This document shows positions 18,588 to 28,182 of a stretch of 44,296 bases of DNA, one piece after another. The stretch is taken from positions 1-44,296 of the forward strand of contig JBJMMA010000191.1 of assembly GCA_045805065.1 (NCBI GenBank), read 5' to 3'. Origin of the DNA: Bdellovibrionia bacterium (GTDB lineage: Bacteria > Bdellovibrionota > UBA1018). The first letter of the stretch is position 1. Each line of letters begins with the position of its first letter. The position numbers were made by a program, and so were the translations under genes. Below the pieces are notes generated by a model. It did no database searches and was not told the DNA's origin. It worked only from the letters and a program-made list of their open reading frames with translations.

Positions 18588-19892
18588 CTACCCCAGCTGA
18601 ACTCGCGGCATCGTGTCGCTTCCTTTACGGATTCCTGACTTGACGCTGAGGGGCTGTTTTTCCAGGACAACACTTTCAAAAAGGTTCGCAAGATTTCGAG
18701 TGACCTTCTGCCAGGTGAAAAGCTCATGCGCGCGCCCCAATGCCTGGCGCCCCATGACTTTCAGATGCGCGGGATGTTGACAGGCCTGGATCAATTTTTT
18801 CCCGAGCGCAACCGGGTCACGAGGAGGCACAAGAAAGCCCGTCTCTCCGTCGACCACACTGTATTTGATTCCCCCGACGTTAGAGCCGATCACGGGAGTT
18901 CCGCAGGCCATGGATTCCACGGGTGTGATGCCGAAGGGCTCATACCAGGGGACCGTAATGAAAGCATCGGCCGCGCTGTAGTACGCTCGAAGATCATCGC
19001 GACCGCGATGACCGACAAACTTCACATGGTCGAGGATGCCTTCAGACTTTGCAATGGCGCGAAGACGCTCCATCTCCACGGAACGATCCAGCTCCGGATC
19101 CGCGGTCTCACCGCCGACAATCAGAAGTTTCGCGCCCACATGCGTGGATTTGAGCAGATAGCTGAATCCCTGAAGAACGGTATCGATTCCTTTTCTTGGA
19201 ACGATGCGCCCGAGTTGAAGAAAGATAAAACTGTTGGATTCCACCCCGATACTTGCGCGGGCCGTAGCCTGATCCATCGGCCAGAACTCATCGGGATCAA
19301 ATCCACAAGGAATGACTCTCATCTTGCTCGGGGAAGCATTATAGAAGTTGATCAGATCATCACGATCATTTGGACATTCCGCGATGATGTGATCCGCCTC
19401 GGCAACCACCCGATCTTCTACTTCAAATCGACGATCGGAAAACTGATCCGCCTCGCCTTGATAGATCCTTCGCACTCTACCCAGAGCATGAAATGTCACA
19501 ACGAAAGGAATTCCCAGAACCTGCTTCACTTCAGCCGCCACAAGTCCCGACATCCAGAAATTAGCGTGAATCAAATCGTAGGGTTGCTTTTGCCAGCGGG
19601 AGAACTGGAGAAAGAACGAGGTGAAGTCGTCCATATAAGGAAGCAGATCCTCCTTACGAACGAACTTGGCGGGCCCCGCAGGCACATGAATGACCCGAAA
19701 TCCTCCCCACTCCATCACCGTGGGAAGAGAGTCGGAGTCGCGACGAGTAAAGACATCGACTTCATGGCCCAGACGCACCAGGTGCTTTGCCACCTGGGCA
19801 ACATAGACATTTTGTCCTCCACTATCGACGCCCCCCAGGACGCTCAGAGGAGACGCATGCTCACTGATGAGCGCGATTCGAAGCGGTCTCAT
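18588..19892 (-). CDS. Glycosyltransferase family 4 (MshA/SPS-like)
   Basis: SEHASPL..GGVDSGGQNVYV, HANFWMSG, EPFGITPVESMACG. Confidence 0.92.
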   Translation of the reverse strand: MRPLRIALISEHASPLSVLGGVDSGGQNVYVAQVAKHLVRLGHEVDVFTRRDSDSLPTVMEWGGFRVIHVPAGPAKFVRKEDLLPYMDDFTSFFLQFSRWQKQPYDLIHANFWMSGLVAAEVKQVLGIPFVVTFHALGRVRRIYQGEADQFSDRRFEVEDRVVAEADHIIAECPNDRDDLINFYNASPSKMRVIPCGFDPDEFWPMDQATARASIGVESNSFIFLQLGRIVPRKGIDTVLQGFSYLLKSTHVGAKLLIVGGETADPELDRSVEMERLRAIAKSEGILDHVKFVGHRGRDDLRAYYSAADAFITVPWYEPFGITPVESMACGTPVIGSNVGGIKYSVVDGETGFLVPPRDPVALGKKLIQACQHPAHLKVMGRQALGRAHELFTWQKVTRNLANLFESVVLEKQPLSVKSGIRKGSDTMPRVQLG

Positions 19893-20842
19893 ACAACCTC
19901 CTCAAAAGTGCGGGTCCAATCATTGACAAAGCGATCGATTGAGAATCGTTCCATGGCTGTTTGCCTTGCTCCATGCCCCAGATGCCGAGCAAGCTCCGGA
20001 TTGTTCAAAAGCTCCTTCATGACATCAATCAGGCAATCTGGATCTGTATCGATGAATCCCGAGACTCCATTCTCGATTACGGTGGCAAGTTCAGTCGTTG
20101 CCAACCCTACGATCGGAATTCCCGTCATCATCGCCTCGCAGATGGAGAGGCCAAGACTTGTGTAACGAATCGGATTAAAGAAGAACCGATAGTGAGATGA
20201 GAATAAGGGAAGCTCCGCGTGTGAAATCTCACCCAGACCGCCAGCATCAAACCAGCCCATCCCTACGAGATCCAGAGGGATCTCCCGCCTGACGTGCTCA
20301 TAGATGTCGTAACCGAGCCTGCGGCCTCGCTTCTTGATGTTATTGACAACAACGAGACCTCGCTCTTTCTCGCCGACATATCTGACGCCTTCAGGAATTG
20401 AGACGCCGTGCTCTATAACGCGCGTCGGGGTTCTGCGCGCATCCCACATCAGTCGGTTAAAAGAAGTGACATGCACGAGCATGACATTGGGGTCATCAAC
20501 GATATGATGAGTGTCCGTCGGGCTCTCGCGCGGCGGATCGTGCTCAAGATAAATCCGAGGGAGACTCCGTTGAGTATCGGACAAAATCTGATGCTGATCT
20601 TCCAGGTAGTTTCTTTGTGACTGGAACAGAATGCAATCCAGCGAAAGATTTTTAACTTCTGAGACCGGGACTTCGATCACATTATCTGGCCACGCATAGC
20701 TTTTTGTACGGCCATGATAGCCATCCGCGCGTTGAGCTACCGGAAGATCAGGAACCGGAAGATAGAAAATATGAGGCACCTGGGTCAGGTAGTAAAGATA
20801 ACTGCCGTGCACGTGCCATGTTAAGATTCGAAGTGGCCGCAT
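19889..20842 (-). CDS. Glycosyltransferase family 4-like
   Basis: TWHVHGSYL N-terminus; SLGLSICEAMMTGIP GT-B motif. Confidence 0.88.
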   Translation of the reverse strand: MRPLRILTWHVHGSYLYYLTQVPHIFYLPVPDLPVAQRADGYHGRTKSYAWPDNVIEVPVSEVKNLSLDCILFQSQRNYLEDQHQILSDTQRSLPRIYLEHDPPRESPTDTHHIVDDPNVMLVHVTSFNRLMWDARRTPTRVIEHGVSIPEGVRYVGEKERGLVVVNNIKKRGRRLGYDIYEHVRREIPLDLVGMGWFDAGGLGEISHAELPLFSSHYRFFFNPIRYTSLGLSICEAMMTGIPIVGLATTELATVIENGVSGFIDTDPDCLIDVMKELLNNPELARHLGHGARQTAMERFSIDRFVNDWTRTFEEVV

Positions 20843-20856
20843 GAAGACTCCTTTCT

Positions 20857-21879
20857 TTATGCAGCAAGGTCAGCACTCCCTAGTTCAGGGTCCCAATGAC
20901 TCATCAGGCTCTCAGCATGAGCAAGAACATCATCCGGACTGACACCTGTGATTCGACAGACCGACCTATGCAGCTGGCGGTCCAATGGTGGCCAGCCGGC
21001 AAGATCTGTTGTCCAAAAAACAACCACGCTTGGCACTCTCAACGCTGCCGCAAGATGTGACACTCCTGTGTCGTTACAGATCAAAAGACGCGCACCGGAA
21101 AGAAGCGCCGCAAGCGACCCGAGATCCGTGTGTCCTGTGAAGTCATGAGCACTCCAATCCATGGAGGCTCGCACTTGATCAGCGAGCTTACGCTCTTCTG
21201 CACTGCCAGTAATGACAACCTGAAGCCCGCGTCGTGCTAACTCATCAGCAACTGCGGCAAATTTCTCAGGTGGCCAGCGTCGCCATTCCGCTCGTGCTCC
21301 GGGATGAATACAGACATACTCACCCGGGCGTAGCGCATGCGCACCCGGTATCGCCCGAAACCGGCTCATATCCTGGCGCTCCACTTCGAACTCCAGGAAT
21401 TCGCCCTGAAGTGGAACACCCAGGTGCTGCATCAAGCGCAGATGCCGCCAGACCTCCGGTTCGTTAGCGGGATATGCAATGAACTTTTCAGGATCAGGGC
21501 AATATTGCCCAGGCGTGAAAAATCCAGCGCAAGCTTTTGCGCCAAAGAGTGAGACCAGCGGATTGGTGATCGTGCCGCATCCATGCATCTGAAGAGCAAG
21601 ATCATACTCTTCTGCCTGAATGAGCTTGATAAACTCCGGAATCCGCTCTGACAGTGGTTTTCGTTCGAGCAGCCCAGGGAATCCCGGGAGCTCCAGGAAT
21701 GAGTCAAAGTATCTTGAGAATCGCTCAACGAATGCTTTTGCCCACGGCAATCCAACGAGAGTGATCTCAGCGTCAGGAAACGCTGACCGCAAAGCGCGAA
21801 ACGCTGGAACTGCGCAGAGAAGATCTCCCAGTTGAAGCGCACGAAAAACAAGGATCTTTTTCGCTTGGATGCCTGGCAT
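20857..21879 (-). CDS. Glycosyltransferase family 9 (heptosyltransferase-like)
   Basis: RALQLGDLLCAVPA, HPGARA..RRWP, NDTGVSHLAAA; start ATG 21879 chosen from promoter position. Confidence 0.9.
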   Translation of the reverse strand: MPGIQAKKILVFRALQLGDLLCAVPAFRALRSAFPDAEITLVGLPWAKAFVERFSRYFDSFLELPGFPGLLERKPLSERIPEFIKLIQAEEYDLALQMHGCGTITNPLVSLFGAKACAGFFTPGQYCPDPEKFIAYPANEPEVWRHLRLMQHLGVPLQGEFLEFEVERQDMSRFRAIPGAHALRPGEYVCIHPGARAEWRRWPPEKFAAVADELARRGLQVVITGSAEERKLADQVRASMDWSAHDFTGHTDLGSLAALLSGARLLICNDTGVSHLAAALRVPSVVVFWTTDLAGWPPLDRQLHRSVCRITGVSPDDVLAHAESLMSHWDPELGSADLAA

Positions 21880-21896
21880 AAGCAGGCACGAAGCGG

Positions 21897-21912
21897 AGCA
21901 ATGTCTATGCCC
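21897..21912 (-). promoter_or_regulatory. Putative sigma54 promoter of the glycosyltransferase operon
   Basis: Minus strand GGGCATAGACATTGCT, overlapping the ABC gene stop. Confidence 0.6.
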
Positions 21913-23719
21913 CCTTGGAATTGCCCATGGAATTGCTATGAGCGATCTTGTGAACGTTTGCCAGGCCCGAGCTTCCGTGAAGTTGGGCATAACGGCCGCC
22001 CAGACGAATCAACTCGCGATGAGTTCCCTTCTCGACAATGCGACCGTGATCCAAAACCAAGATCAGATCTGCGTTGACGATGGTGCTGAGTCGATGAGCC
22101 ACAATGAAAGTTGTTCGATTTTTCACGAGGCGCTGAAGCGCGTCCTGAATCTGCAGTTCGGTCATCGGATCAACAGCGCTCGTCGCCTCATCCAAGAGCA
22201 AAATGCGCGGGTTCGTTAAAAGTGCACGCGTAAAACAAAGAAGCTGACGCTCTCCTAAAGAAAGATTTGCGCCGCGCTCTCCGACCTGCGTCGCGTATCC
22301 TGATTTCAAGCTCAGAAAACGCTCGTGGCACCCAAGCTTCCTGGCGGCATCAATTATCTCGCGATCCGTCGAATCGGGCTTCACGTACTTGAGGTTCTCG
22401 AGCACTGTTCCACTGAACAAGAAATTATTTTGCGACACGAGCGCCATCTGGCGATGCAGACTCTCGCCGGTTGCCTGATGAATATCGTGACCATCGATTC
22501 TGACACTGCCTTGCGTAGGTTTATAGAAACGTGCAAGCAGCGAGATGATCGTGCTTTTGCCCGAACCCGTTGCCCCGACGAGCGCAACAGTGCTTCCCGC
22601 CGGAACGTCAATGGAGACATCCTTAAGAACCAGGGATTCTGGGCGATAGCCAAAGTCGATATTCTCTAGACGGACAGCTCCCTGAAGTTTTGGCAGCGGC
22701 TTGCTACCCGGCTGATCCTGAATTTCAGGACGCTCGTCAAGAATCGCGAATACACGCTCAGCGCTTGAGAGAGCAATCAGGAGCTCATTGAAAAAGCCGC
22801 CAAATGTTACGGCAGGCGACATGAACCACTCCCAATAAAGGGAAACCGCAACAAGATCCCCCGGCCTTAACGTTCCTTGGGAAACGCGGTAGCCACCATA
22901 GATCAGGACAATCGCCTGACCCAGGAATCTTGCCCATTGCAGAAGCGCCTGAAACATTCCGCCCATGCCAGCGGCACGAACATTGTTCTTTGTATTGATC
23001 TCCTGAAGCTCGCCGTAGCGCTCAAGATTATGAGCCTGCCGATTAAAGGCCGTCACCACTCGCACGCCTGCGATGTTCTCAGCCTGATTGGCTGAAACAC
23101 GCGCCGAATGAACACGGACCTCCTGCCAGGCCTCTCCAACTCTTCTGCCGTAGATGAAACTCAAAACCGTGATTGCAGGCGCAAGCCAGGCCACGGCAAA
23201 GAAAAGCTCCCGGTCCGTGACAAAAATCATGACGGAGGCAAAAATCATGACGGCTGAATTCGCAACGATGGTGTTCATTCCCCAGATCAACACGCTGCGC
23301 AGCGCATCGATATCGTTGCTGGCTTGAGAGATGATTCGTCCAAGATGGGTTCGATCGAAATAGCCCATGGAGAGCTTTTGAAGATGATTGAAGATCTCCT
23401 GGCGAATCGTTGCCAGGACACGCTCGCCGTAGCGATTGGCCAGCTTGATCTGAATCGAATGCAGAAACTGACTGACTACGAAACTGACCACCCAGGTCCC
23501 CGCAATCAGAAGAATCAATCCCATCGTGCATTGACGGACGCTCATCGCGTTGATCGCGAGTCCGACGAGCCGGGGTGGAATCATTTCTAGCACGGCAACA
23601 AAGAGTCCTGCTATACAGACCGTCGCGTAGTATTTGCGGTACGGCTTCAAGTAGGCAAAAAGCCGCTTCGCCATCCCATAGGATAGCGCATTTACTTTTT
23701 CAATGGGTGCAGAATTCAT
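21905..23719 (-). CDS. ABC exporter, fused TMD-NBD (subunit with canonical Walker B and H-loop)
   Basis: GATGSGKST, LSLGERQ, LLDEATS, AHRLST. Confidence 0.93.
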   Translation of the reverse strand: MNSAPIEKVNALSYGMAKRLFAYLKPYRKYYATVCIAGLFVAVLEMIPPRLVGLAINAMSVRQCTMGLILLIAGTWVVSFVVSQFLHSIQIKLANRYGERVLATIRQEIFNHLQKLSMGYFDRTHLGRIISQASNDIDALRSVLIWGMNTIVANSAVMIFASVMIFVTDRELFFAVAWLAPAITVLSFIYGRRVGEAWQEVRVHSARVSANQAENIAGVRVVTAFNRQAHNLERYGELQEINTKNNVRAAGMGGMFQALLQWARFLGQAIVLIYGGYRVSQGTLRPGDLVAVSLYWEWFMSPAVTFGGFFNELLIALSSAERVFAILDERPEIQDQPGSKPLPKLQGAVRLENIDFGYRPESLVLKDVSIDVPAGSTVALVGATGSGKSTIISLLARFYKPTQGSVRIDGHDIHQATGESLHRQMALVSQNNFLFSGTVLENLKYVKPDSTDREIIDAARKLGCHERFLSLKSGYATQVGERGANLSLGERQLLCFTRALLTNPRILLLDEATSAVDPMTELQIQDALQRLVKNRTTFIVAHRLSTIVNADLILVLDHGRIVEKGTHRELIRLGGRYAQLHGSSGLANVHKIAHSNSMGNSKGA

Positions 23720-25596
23720 ACGGGAATGACTTCCTCGAGCTGGGTATGCCCTAGCTGGGTATGGAGAATTTCCTGGTAAGTGCCTTCGGCTCTCGCGAGA
23801 TCCTGATGATTGCCGGTCTGGCTGATCCGTCCCTCTTCAAGAACGATCACATGGTCAGCACATTGAACCGCGCTTACGCGACTTGTGATCATGAGGACGG
23901 TCCGATTCTCAAAAAGCTCTTCAAGGCTCTCTTGCACGGAGCGCTCGGTTTTCGGATCAAGAGCTGCGGTCGCATCATCCAGGATCAGGATCTTAGGATC
24001 ATAAACAAGGGCTCGAGCCAATGCGAGACGCTGCCTTTGACCGCCCGAAAGATTCACTCCGCCATCGCCAAGAATCGTATCGTAGCCATTAGGGAGCGAT
24101 TGGATGAACTCATGAGCATGCGCAGCCTTTGCCGCTGAATAAAGCATCTCATCGCTCACATCGAGCCTGCCATAGCGGATGTTGTTTCGGATGGTATCTG
24201 AGAACAGGAACGTTTCCTGAAACACGTATCCCACCGTGTGCCTGAGCTCCTTGAGCTCGATGGACTTGAGATCATGCCCATCCACTCGGATTGCTCCTTT
24301 TTGCGGATCGTAAAAGCGCGCGATCAACCCACCGAGCGTGCTCTTCCCTGAGCCCGTCTTACCGATGATGGCCGTCACCTGGTTAGCAGGGATCTTGAAA
24401 GAAATGTCGTGAAGGATAGGGCGCCCCCGACACTGTTCGAAGTCATATCCAAACGTCACGTCATCAAATTCAATCTCTCCACCACGCCATTGAAACTGAG
24501 AAGGCTCGTCCGTGAGATCCCTCCACCTCGGAGTGTCCAGGACCTCAAAAAGCCTGCGCGCGGACACAATCCCCTTTTGATACACTTCGATGATGACACT
24601 GACCTGCTGAAGTTTTGAGAGGATCGCTCCCATCGCCATGCCGAGAATCAAGAGGTCACCGATATTCAACTTCTGACGAATGACAAAGCGCGACGCGATC
24701 ACGAACAAAAGCACGTGTGCGCCCGCAGCCACTGCTTTCAGCGATGGTGTCAGTCTCGACTGAATATCGACCATGCGGTCCTGGCGATCAAGAAGGCGCG
24801 TATTGAGGCGCGCGTACTTTCTCATCTCGCGCTTTTCAAGCCCGAACGCACGGATCACCTGAACCCCACCGACGTTCTCAGTGAGCGCGCTCATGAGCGA
24901 GTCACATGCGCCTTGTTGAGCGCGATAGAATACCTGCGAGGTCCGGTTGAAGCCACTGATGAGAAACCACCAGAACGGCAAGGGAAGAAGAGCCGCCAGC
25001 ATCAGCCAAGGGGAGCGACAATAAAGGAGTCCAAGATATGCGGCAACCGTCGCGGTGATATCCAGCGTCGAGATCACGCTGGTGTTCACGAAGTTTCTGA
25101 CAGACTGAAGATCAGACAGAGCACGATTAATGAGCTGCCCACTGGTCATCTTGTCGTGAAACGGAAAACCCACATGCTGAAGATGGTCGTAGATCGCGTT
25201 CCGAATATGAAACACCGCGCGCATGCTCAGCTTGGTGTCCCAAATCGATCGCATCCAGATCATCAACCCCAGACAGAGCTGAGCTGCTCCCATGTATGCG
25301 ATGATTCGACGCAGACCTGCCGCCGTCGGGTCAGTACTCAGGATCCAATGAAAGAATCCCACAGACGAGTGACCGCCTGAGAATCCCTTAATGACCGTAG
25401 TCACGGCTGGGCTCAGAAAGTACACGGTCGGAATCTCGACGGCGATACGAGCCAATACGACCAAGGCTGCGATCAACGCAGTACCGCGTACAGGCTTCAA
25501 GAATTTTAAGGTGCGCAAAACCAAGGCATAGCTATTCCTTGCTTCGCGATTTGATGCGCGTGCATGACTTTTTTCAATTGTCATTATGTAAGCCAT
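23716..25596 (-). CDS. ABC exporter, fused TMD-NBD (degenerate Walker B and H-loop); start 25596 or 25584
   Basis: GKTGSGKST, LSGGQRQ, ILDDATA, ITSRVS; ATGA overlap with its partner. Confidence 0.9.
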   Translation of the reverse strand: MAYIMTIEKSHARASNREARNSYALVLRTLKFLKPVRGTALIAALVVLARIAVEIPTVYFLSPAVTTVIKGFSGGHSSVGFFHWILSTDPTAAGLRRIIAYMGAAQLCLGLMIWMRSIWDTKLSMRAVFHIRNAIYDHLQHVGFPFHDKMTSGQLINRALSDLQSVRNFVNTSVISTLDITATVAAYLGLLYCRSPWLMLAALLPLPFWWFLISGFNRTSQVFYRAQQGACDSLMSALTENVGGVQVIRAFGLEKREMRKYARLNTRLLDRQDRMVDIQSRLTPSLKAVAAGAHVLLFVIASRFVIRQKLNIGDLLILGMAMGAILSKLQQVSVIIEVYQKGIVSARRLFEVLDTPRWRDLTDEPSQFQWRGGEIEFDDVTFGYDFEQCRGRPILHDISFKIPANQVTAIIGKTGSGKSTLGGLIARFYDPQKGAIRVDGHDLKSIELKELRHTVGYVFQETFLFSDTIRNNIRYGRLDVSDEMLYSAAKAAHAHEFIQSLPNGYDTILGDGGVNLSGGQRQRLALARALVYDPKILILDDATAALDPKTERSVQESLEELFENRTVLMITSRVSAVQCADHVIVLEEGRISQTGNHQDLARAEGTYQEILHTQLGHTQLEEVIPV

Positions 25597-25665
25597 ACTT
25601 GCGTGATCTGAGTGCGAATTGCAAGATGACCGTGCGAAGTATTTATTTTTTGCACACCTCCAGTC

Positions 25666-25692
25666 TGGCACTCAGCTGGCACAGGAGTTGTA
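25666..25692 (+). promoter_or_regulatory. Two overlapping sigma54-like sites
   Basis: TGGCACTCAGCTGGCA (25666-81) and TGGCACAGGAGTTGTA (25677-92). Confidence 0.55.
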
Positions 25693-25706
25693 CCCGCGCC
25701 CGTCCT

Positions 25707-26633
25707 ATGAAGACTCACTCGCTCGAAAACAGATCCTTTCGCATTGAAGTGGTTCCTGAACAAGGAGGCCGCATCGAGTCGATCATCGATCGGGTCAGCG
25801 GAAAAGAGTGGGTCTGGCATCCGGACGGGTACGAACCTAAAGATCGACAGCTGCCGGTTGGCGCATCCTTCGATGACAACTGGCGAGGGGGTTGGGAGGA
25901 GGTTTTTCCCAATGACGCCGCGGGCCCATTTGAAGGTTACTCTCTTGTTGATCACGGCGAGCTCTGGAGTCAGCCTTGGAGCATCATTGAGAAAGACTCG
26001 AGCGGCATCAAAATGTCCTATCGCTGTGAGCGCATACCGGTCGAAGTCGAAAAAACGATCGTCCTCAGCGACGGCGCACCCTCCTTCCGGCTTCACTATC
26101 TTTTCCGATCGCACGCCGAGCGTCCACTGCCCTTTTTGTTCAAACTTCATCCGGCAATAGCGATCGAGCCGGGCGACGAGATTATTTTACCCGACTGCTC
26201 AGTCGAGCCAGTTACGCTTGATTTCAGTACGCTGATTGGGCGGAGTGAAAAAACCCGCTTCCCTTTCGCTCTCGGGCGATCAGGAGAGCAGATCCGACTG
26301 GACCGCGTCCCGCCCCGCGAGGCGAACGCTCAGGAGTTTTACTACGCCACAGGTCTTTCCGAGGGCTGGGCGGGAATCAGAAACCATCGCACGAATACGG
26401 AACTTAAATTTCGCTTTGATCGTAAAGACATTCCAAACGTCTGGATGTTTCAAAGTTTTGGAAAGTGGCGCAACCATTACATGCTGGTGATGGAACCATG
26501 CACCAATGTTCCGTGGGATCTGACCGAAGCCCTGAAACGCAGGACCTGCGCGATTCTTGAGCCCGGCAAAAAGCGAGAATACCACTTTGAGGTGTTGATC
26601 ACCCCGAGTCAGACGAAGCCAAACCCTGAGTAG
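25707..26633 (+). CDS. Galactose mutarotase/aldose 1-epimerase-like protein
   Basis: LEN....VVPEQGGRIESI.D...G.EW, GGWEEVFP, DHGELW, FKLHPA, MEPCT. Confidence 0.75.
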   Translation: MKTHSLENRSFRIEVVPEQGGRIESIIDRVSGKEWVWHPDGYEPKDRQLPVGASFDDNWRGGWEEVFPNDAAGPFEGYSLVDHGELWSQPWSIIEKDSSGIKMSYRCERIPVEVEKTIVLSDGAPSFRLHYLFRSHAERPLPFLFKLHPAIAIEPGDEIILPDCSVEPVTLDFSTLIGRSEKTRFPFALGRSGEQIRLDRVPPREANAQEFYYATGLSEGWAGIRNHRTNTELKFRFDRKDIPNVWMFQSFGKWRNHYMLVMEPCTNVPWDLTEALKRRTCAILEPGKKREYHFEVLITPSQTKPNPE

Positions 26634-27447
26634 TACTATGAATAGTACTGCGAATGAGCTCATCCATCTGCGAGTGAGTGAGCACACGCGATCTGAAGCG
26701 GAGCTGCCTTTTGAGCATCCGCGTAGACTTGGGTCCGCGCGCGAAAAACCTCCTGGCGCAGTCCAGATCATCCTGCAGCGAAGGTCCCATGAATCTCGGA
26801 ACACTCTCGTTCTCAATCAGCTTTTGCGAAACCTCGCGCAAAAGCCCAAGACTCTCGCCGCGCAGGAACTTGGACAGGAGCGGCACCCAGGATTCTTCCA
26901 TCGCTAATGTGTAATCAAATTCCACACGAGCGCGCCTGAGGACCGAAGGAATGGAGAATCTCGGGCCGGTTTGAAAAGCAGCATAGAGCAGTCGCAAAAG
27001 CGCGCTGAAGCCGCGCTTGGTATGAATGCGCTCCTTGAAGCAACCAAAGACCAGAACGTCCGGGGAGAGTTCGGGCTCAGAGGTCAACCTCAGCTCAAAA
27101 TGGCCGGGCTTTCTGATCTTGCGAAGCGTAACAAAAAGGTAGCAAGCCGCCTCCGTATCTGCCGTATTGTAGGGAGGCCTGACCGCATGCAAAAGTTCGT
27201 ATTCCCGGGCCAGCGCATCCGCCTCGCTTTTACAGATCTCCCACCGAATTTCATGGATCAGCCCAACCATTCGAACAAGATGAGGCGGGTGCGTCGAATG
27301 CTTGACGTTTCGATAGCTCGAAACTCGCTTGCGCAGGCTTTTGGCTTTTCCAATGTAGAGAATCTCTCCCTTTTGCCCGAGCATGAAATAAACGCCTGGG
27401 GAGTTCGGGAGCTCTTTAGGAAGAGAATGGAGCGGAGACTGCCTCAC
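26599..27447 (-). CDS. GIY-YIG nuclease (UvrC N-terminal-like, stand-alone)
   Basis: PGVYFM....ILYIGKAKSLRKRVSSY, ALAREYELL...PPYN. Confidence 0.85.
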   Translation of the reverse strand: MRQSPLHSLPKELPNSPGVYFMLGQKGEILYIGKAKSLRKRVSSYRNVKHSTHPPHLVRMVGLIHEIRWEICKSEADALAREYELLHAVRPPYNTADTEAACYLFVTLRKIRKPGHFELRLTSEPELSPDVLVFGCFKERIHTKRGFSALLRLLYAAFQTGPRFSIPSVLRRARVEFDYTLAMEESWVPLLSKFLRGESLGLLREVSQKLIENESVPRFMGPSLQDDLDCARRFFARGPKSTRMLKRQLRFRSRVLTHSQMDELIRSTIHSTTQGLASSDSG

Positions 27448-27459
27448 GCTCCTAACCTA

Positions 27460-28044
27460 TCAGATCATCTCTTCAAACTGCCATGGAGAAGTCGCTGACT
27501 CGCGCCAGAATCGATAAAGCGTGCAACGATCCAGCTTCTGTTCTCCAAGACCGAGCAACCCAAGCAGAGTCGCGCCAAAAAAGCCATGTGTGACCAACAG
27601 CGCCGCCCCCTTATTGGCGGAGCCAGTCTCAAGGATATGGTTGATCGCTTCCTGAACACGCGCCTTGAACCGGTTGAGACTCTCTCCTCCCGGAATCTGT
27701 TCGACCAGCGGGGAGAATCCAGCAACCTCGGAAACTTTCATTCTTTCCCACTGCCCTAAATGCCGCTCGGCAAGCCCCGAGATGACTCGAACCTTTACCT
27801 TAAGCTTGTCGTGCAGAACGTCCGTAGTCTGGATGCAGCGCAGAAGCGGACTCGAGACAATCACGCGCACACCCAGCTTATCTTTTTGGAAGACGCGAGA
27901 AAGCTTTCGAGCCTGAGCCAGGCCTTCCTCATTCAGAGGAATATCCCAACCCCCACCGCAAATTTTCTCATTTGCGTGAGCATCGGTTTCACCATGAACG
28001 ACGAGGAAAAACTCTTGCCCGGAGGCAGCTGTAGTATGGCGCAC
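27460..28044 (-). CDS. Histidine phosphatase (phosphoglycerate mutase) family protein
   Basis: VVHGET, SSPLLRCIQT, LAERHLGQWE, VTHG. Confidence 0.85.
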   Translation of the reverse strand: MRHTTAASGQEFFLVVHGETDAHANEKICGGGWDIPLNEEGLAQARKLSRVFQKDKLGVRVIVSSPLLRCIQTTDVLHDKLKVKVRVISGLAERHLGQWERMKVSEVAGFSPLVEQIPGGESLNRFKARVQEAINHILETGSANKGAALLVTHGFFGATLLGLLGLGEQKLDRCTLYRFWRESATSPWQFEEMI

Positions 28045-28130
28045 CTCTCCATTGTGCCAAAGCTCAGGTGCGGGTCAAGCACCGAAAATCAGGCAGAAGT
28101 TTCTTAATCGTTTCTTAACATCGAGATACA

Positions 28131-28168
28131 CAACGGCCCGAGCTCTCGATCGAGTGCCCGGGCCGTTG
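28131..28168 (-). terminator. GC-rich stem-loop downstream of pckG, possible terminator or mRNA stabiliser
   Basis: CAACGGCCCG...CGGGCCGTTG 10-bp arms with further internal pairing; weak U tract. Confidence 0.5.
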
Positions 28169-28182
28169 CGATTAAACAATGC

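Noticed and set aside
18726..20165. 479-aa plus-strand ORF
   Set aside because: Antisense to two clear GT4 genes; no motifs.
26632..26649. AGTACTAT-GA-ATAGTACT palindrome
   Set aside because: Inside a coding region, AT-rich, 2-nt loop; probably chance.
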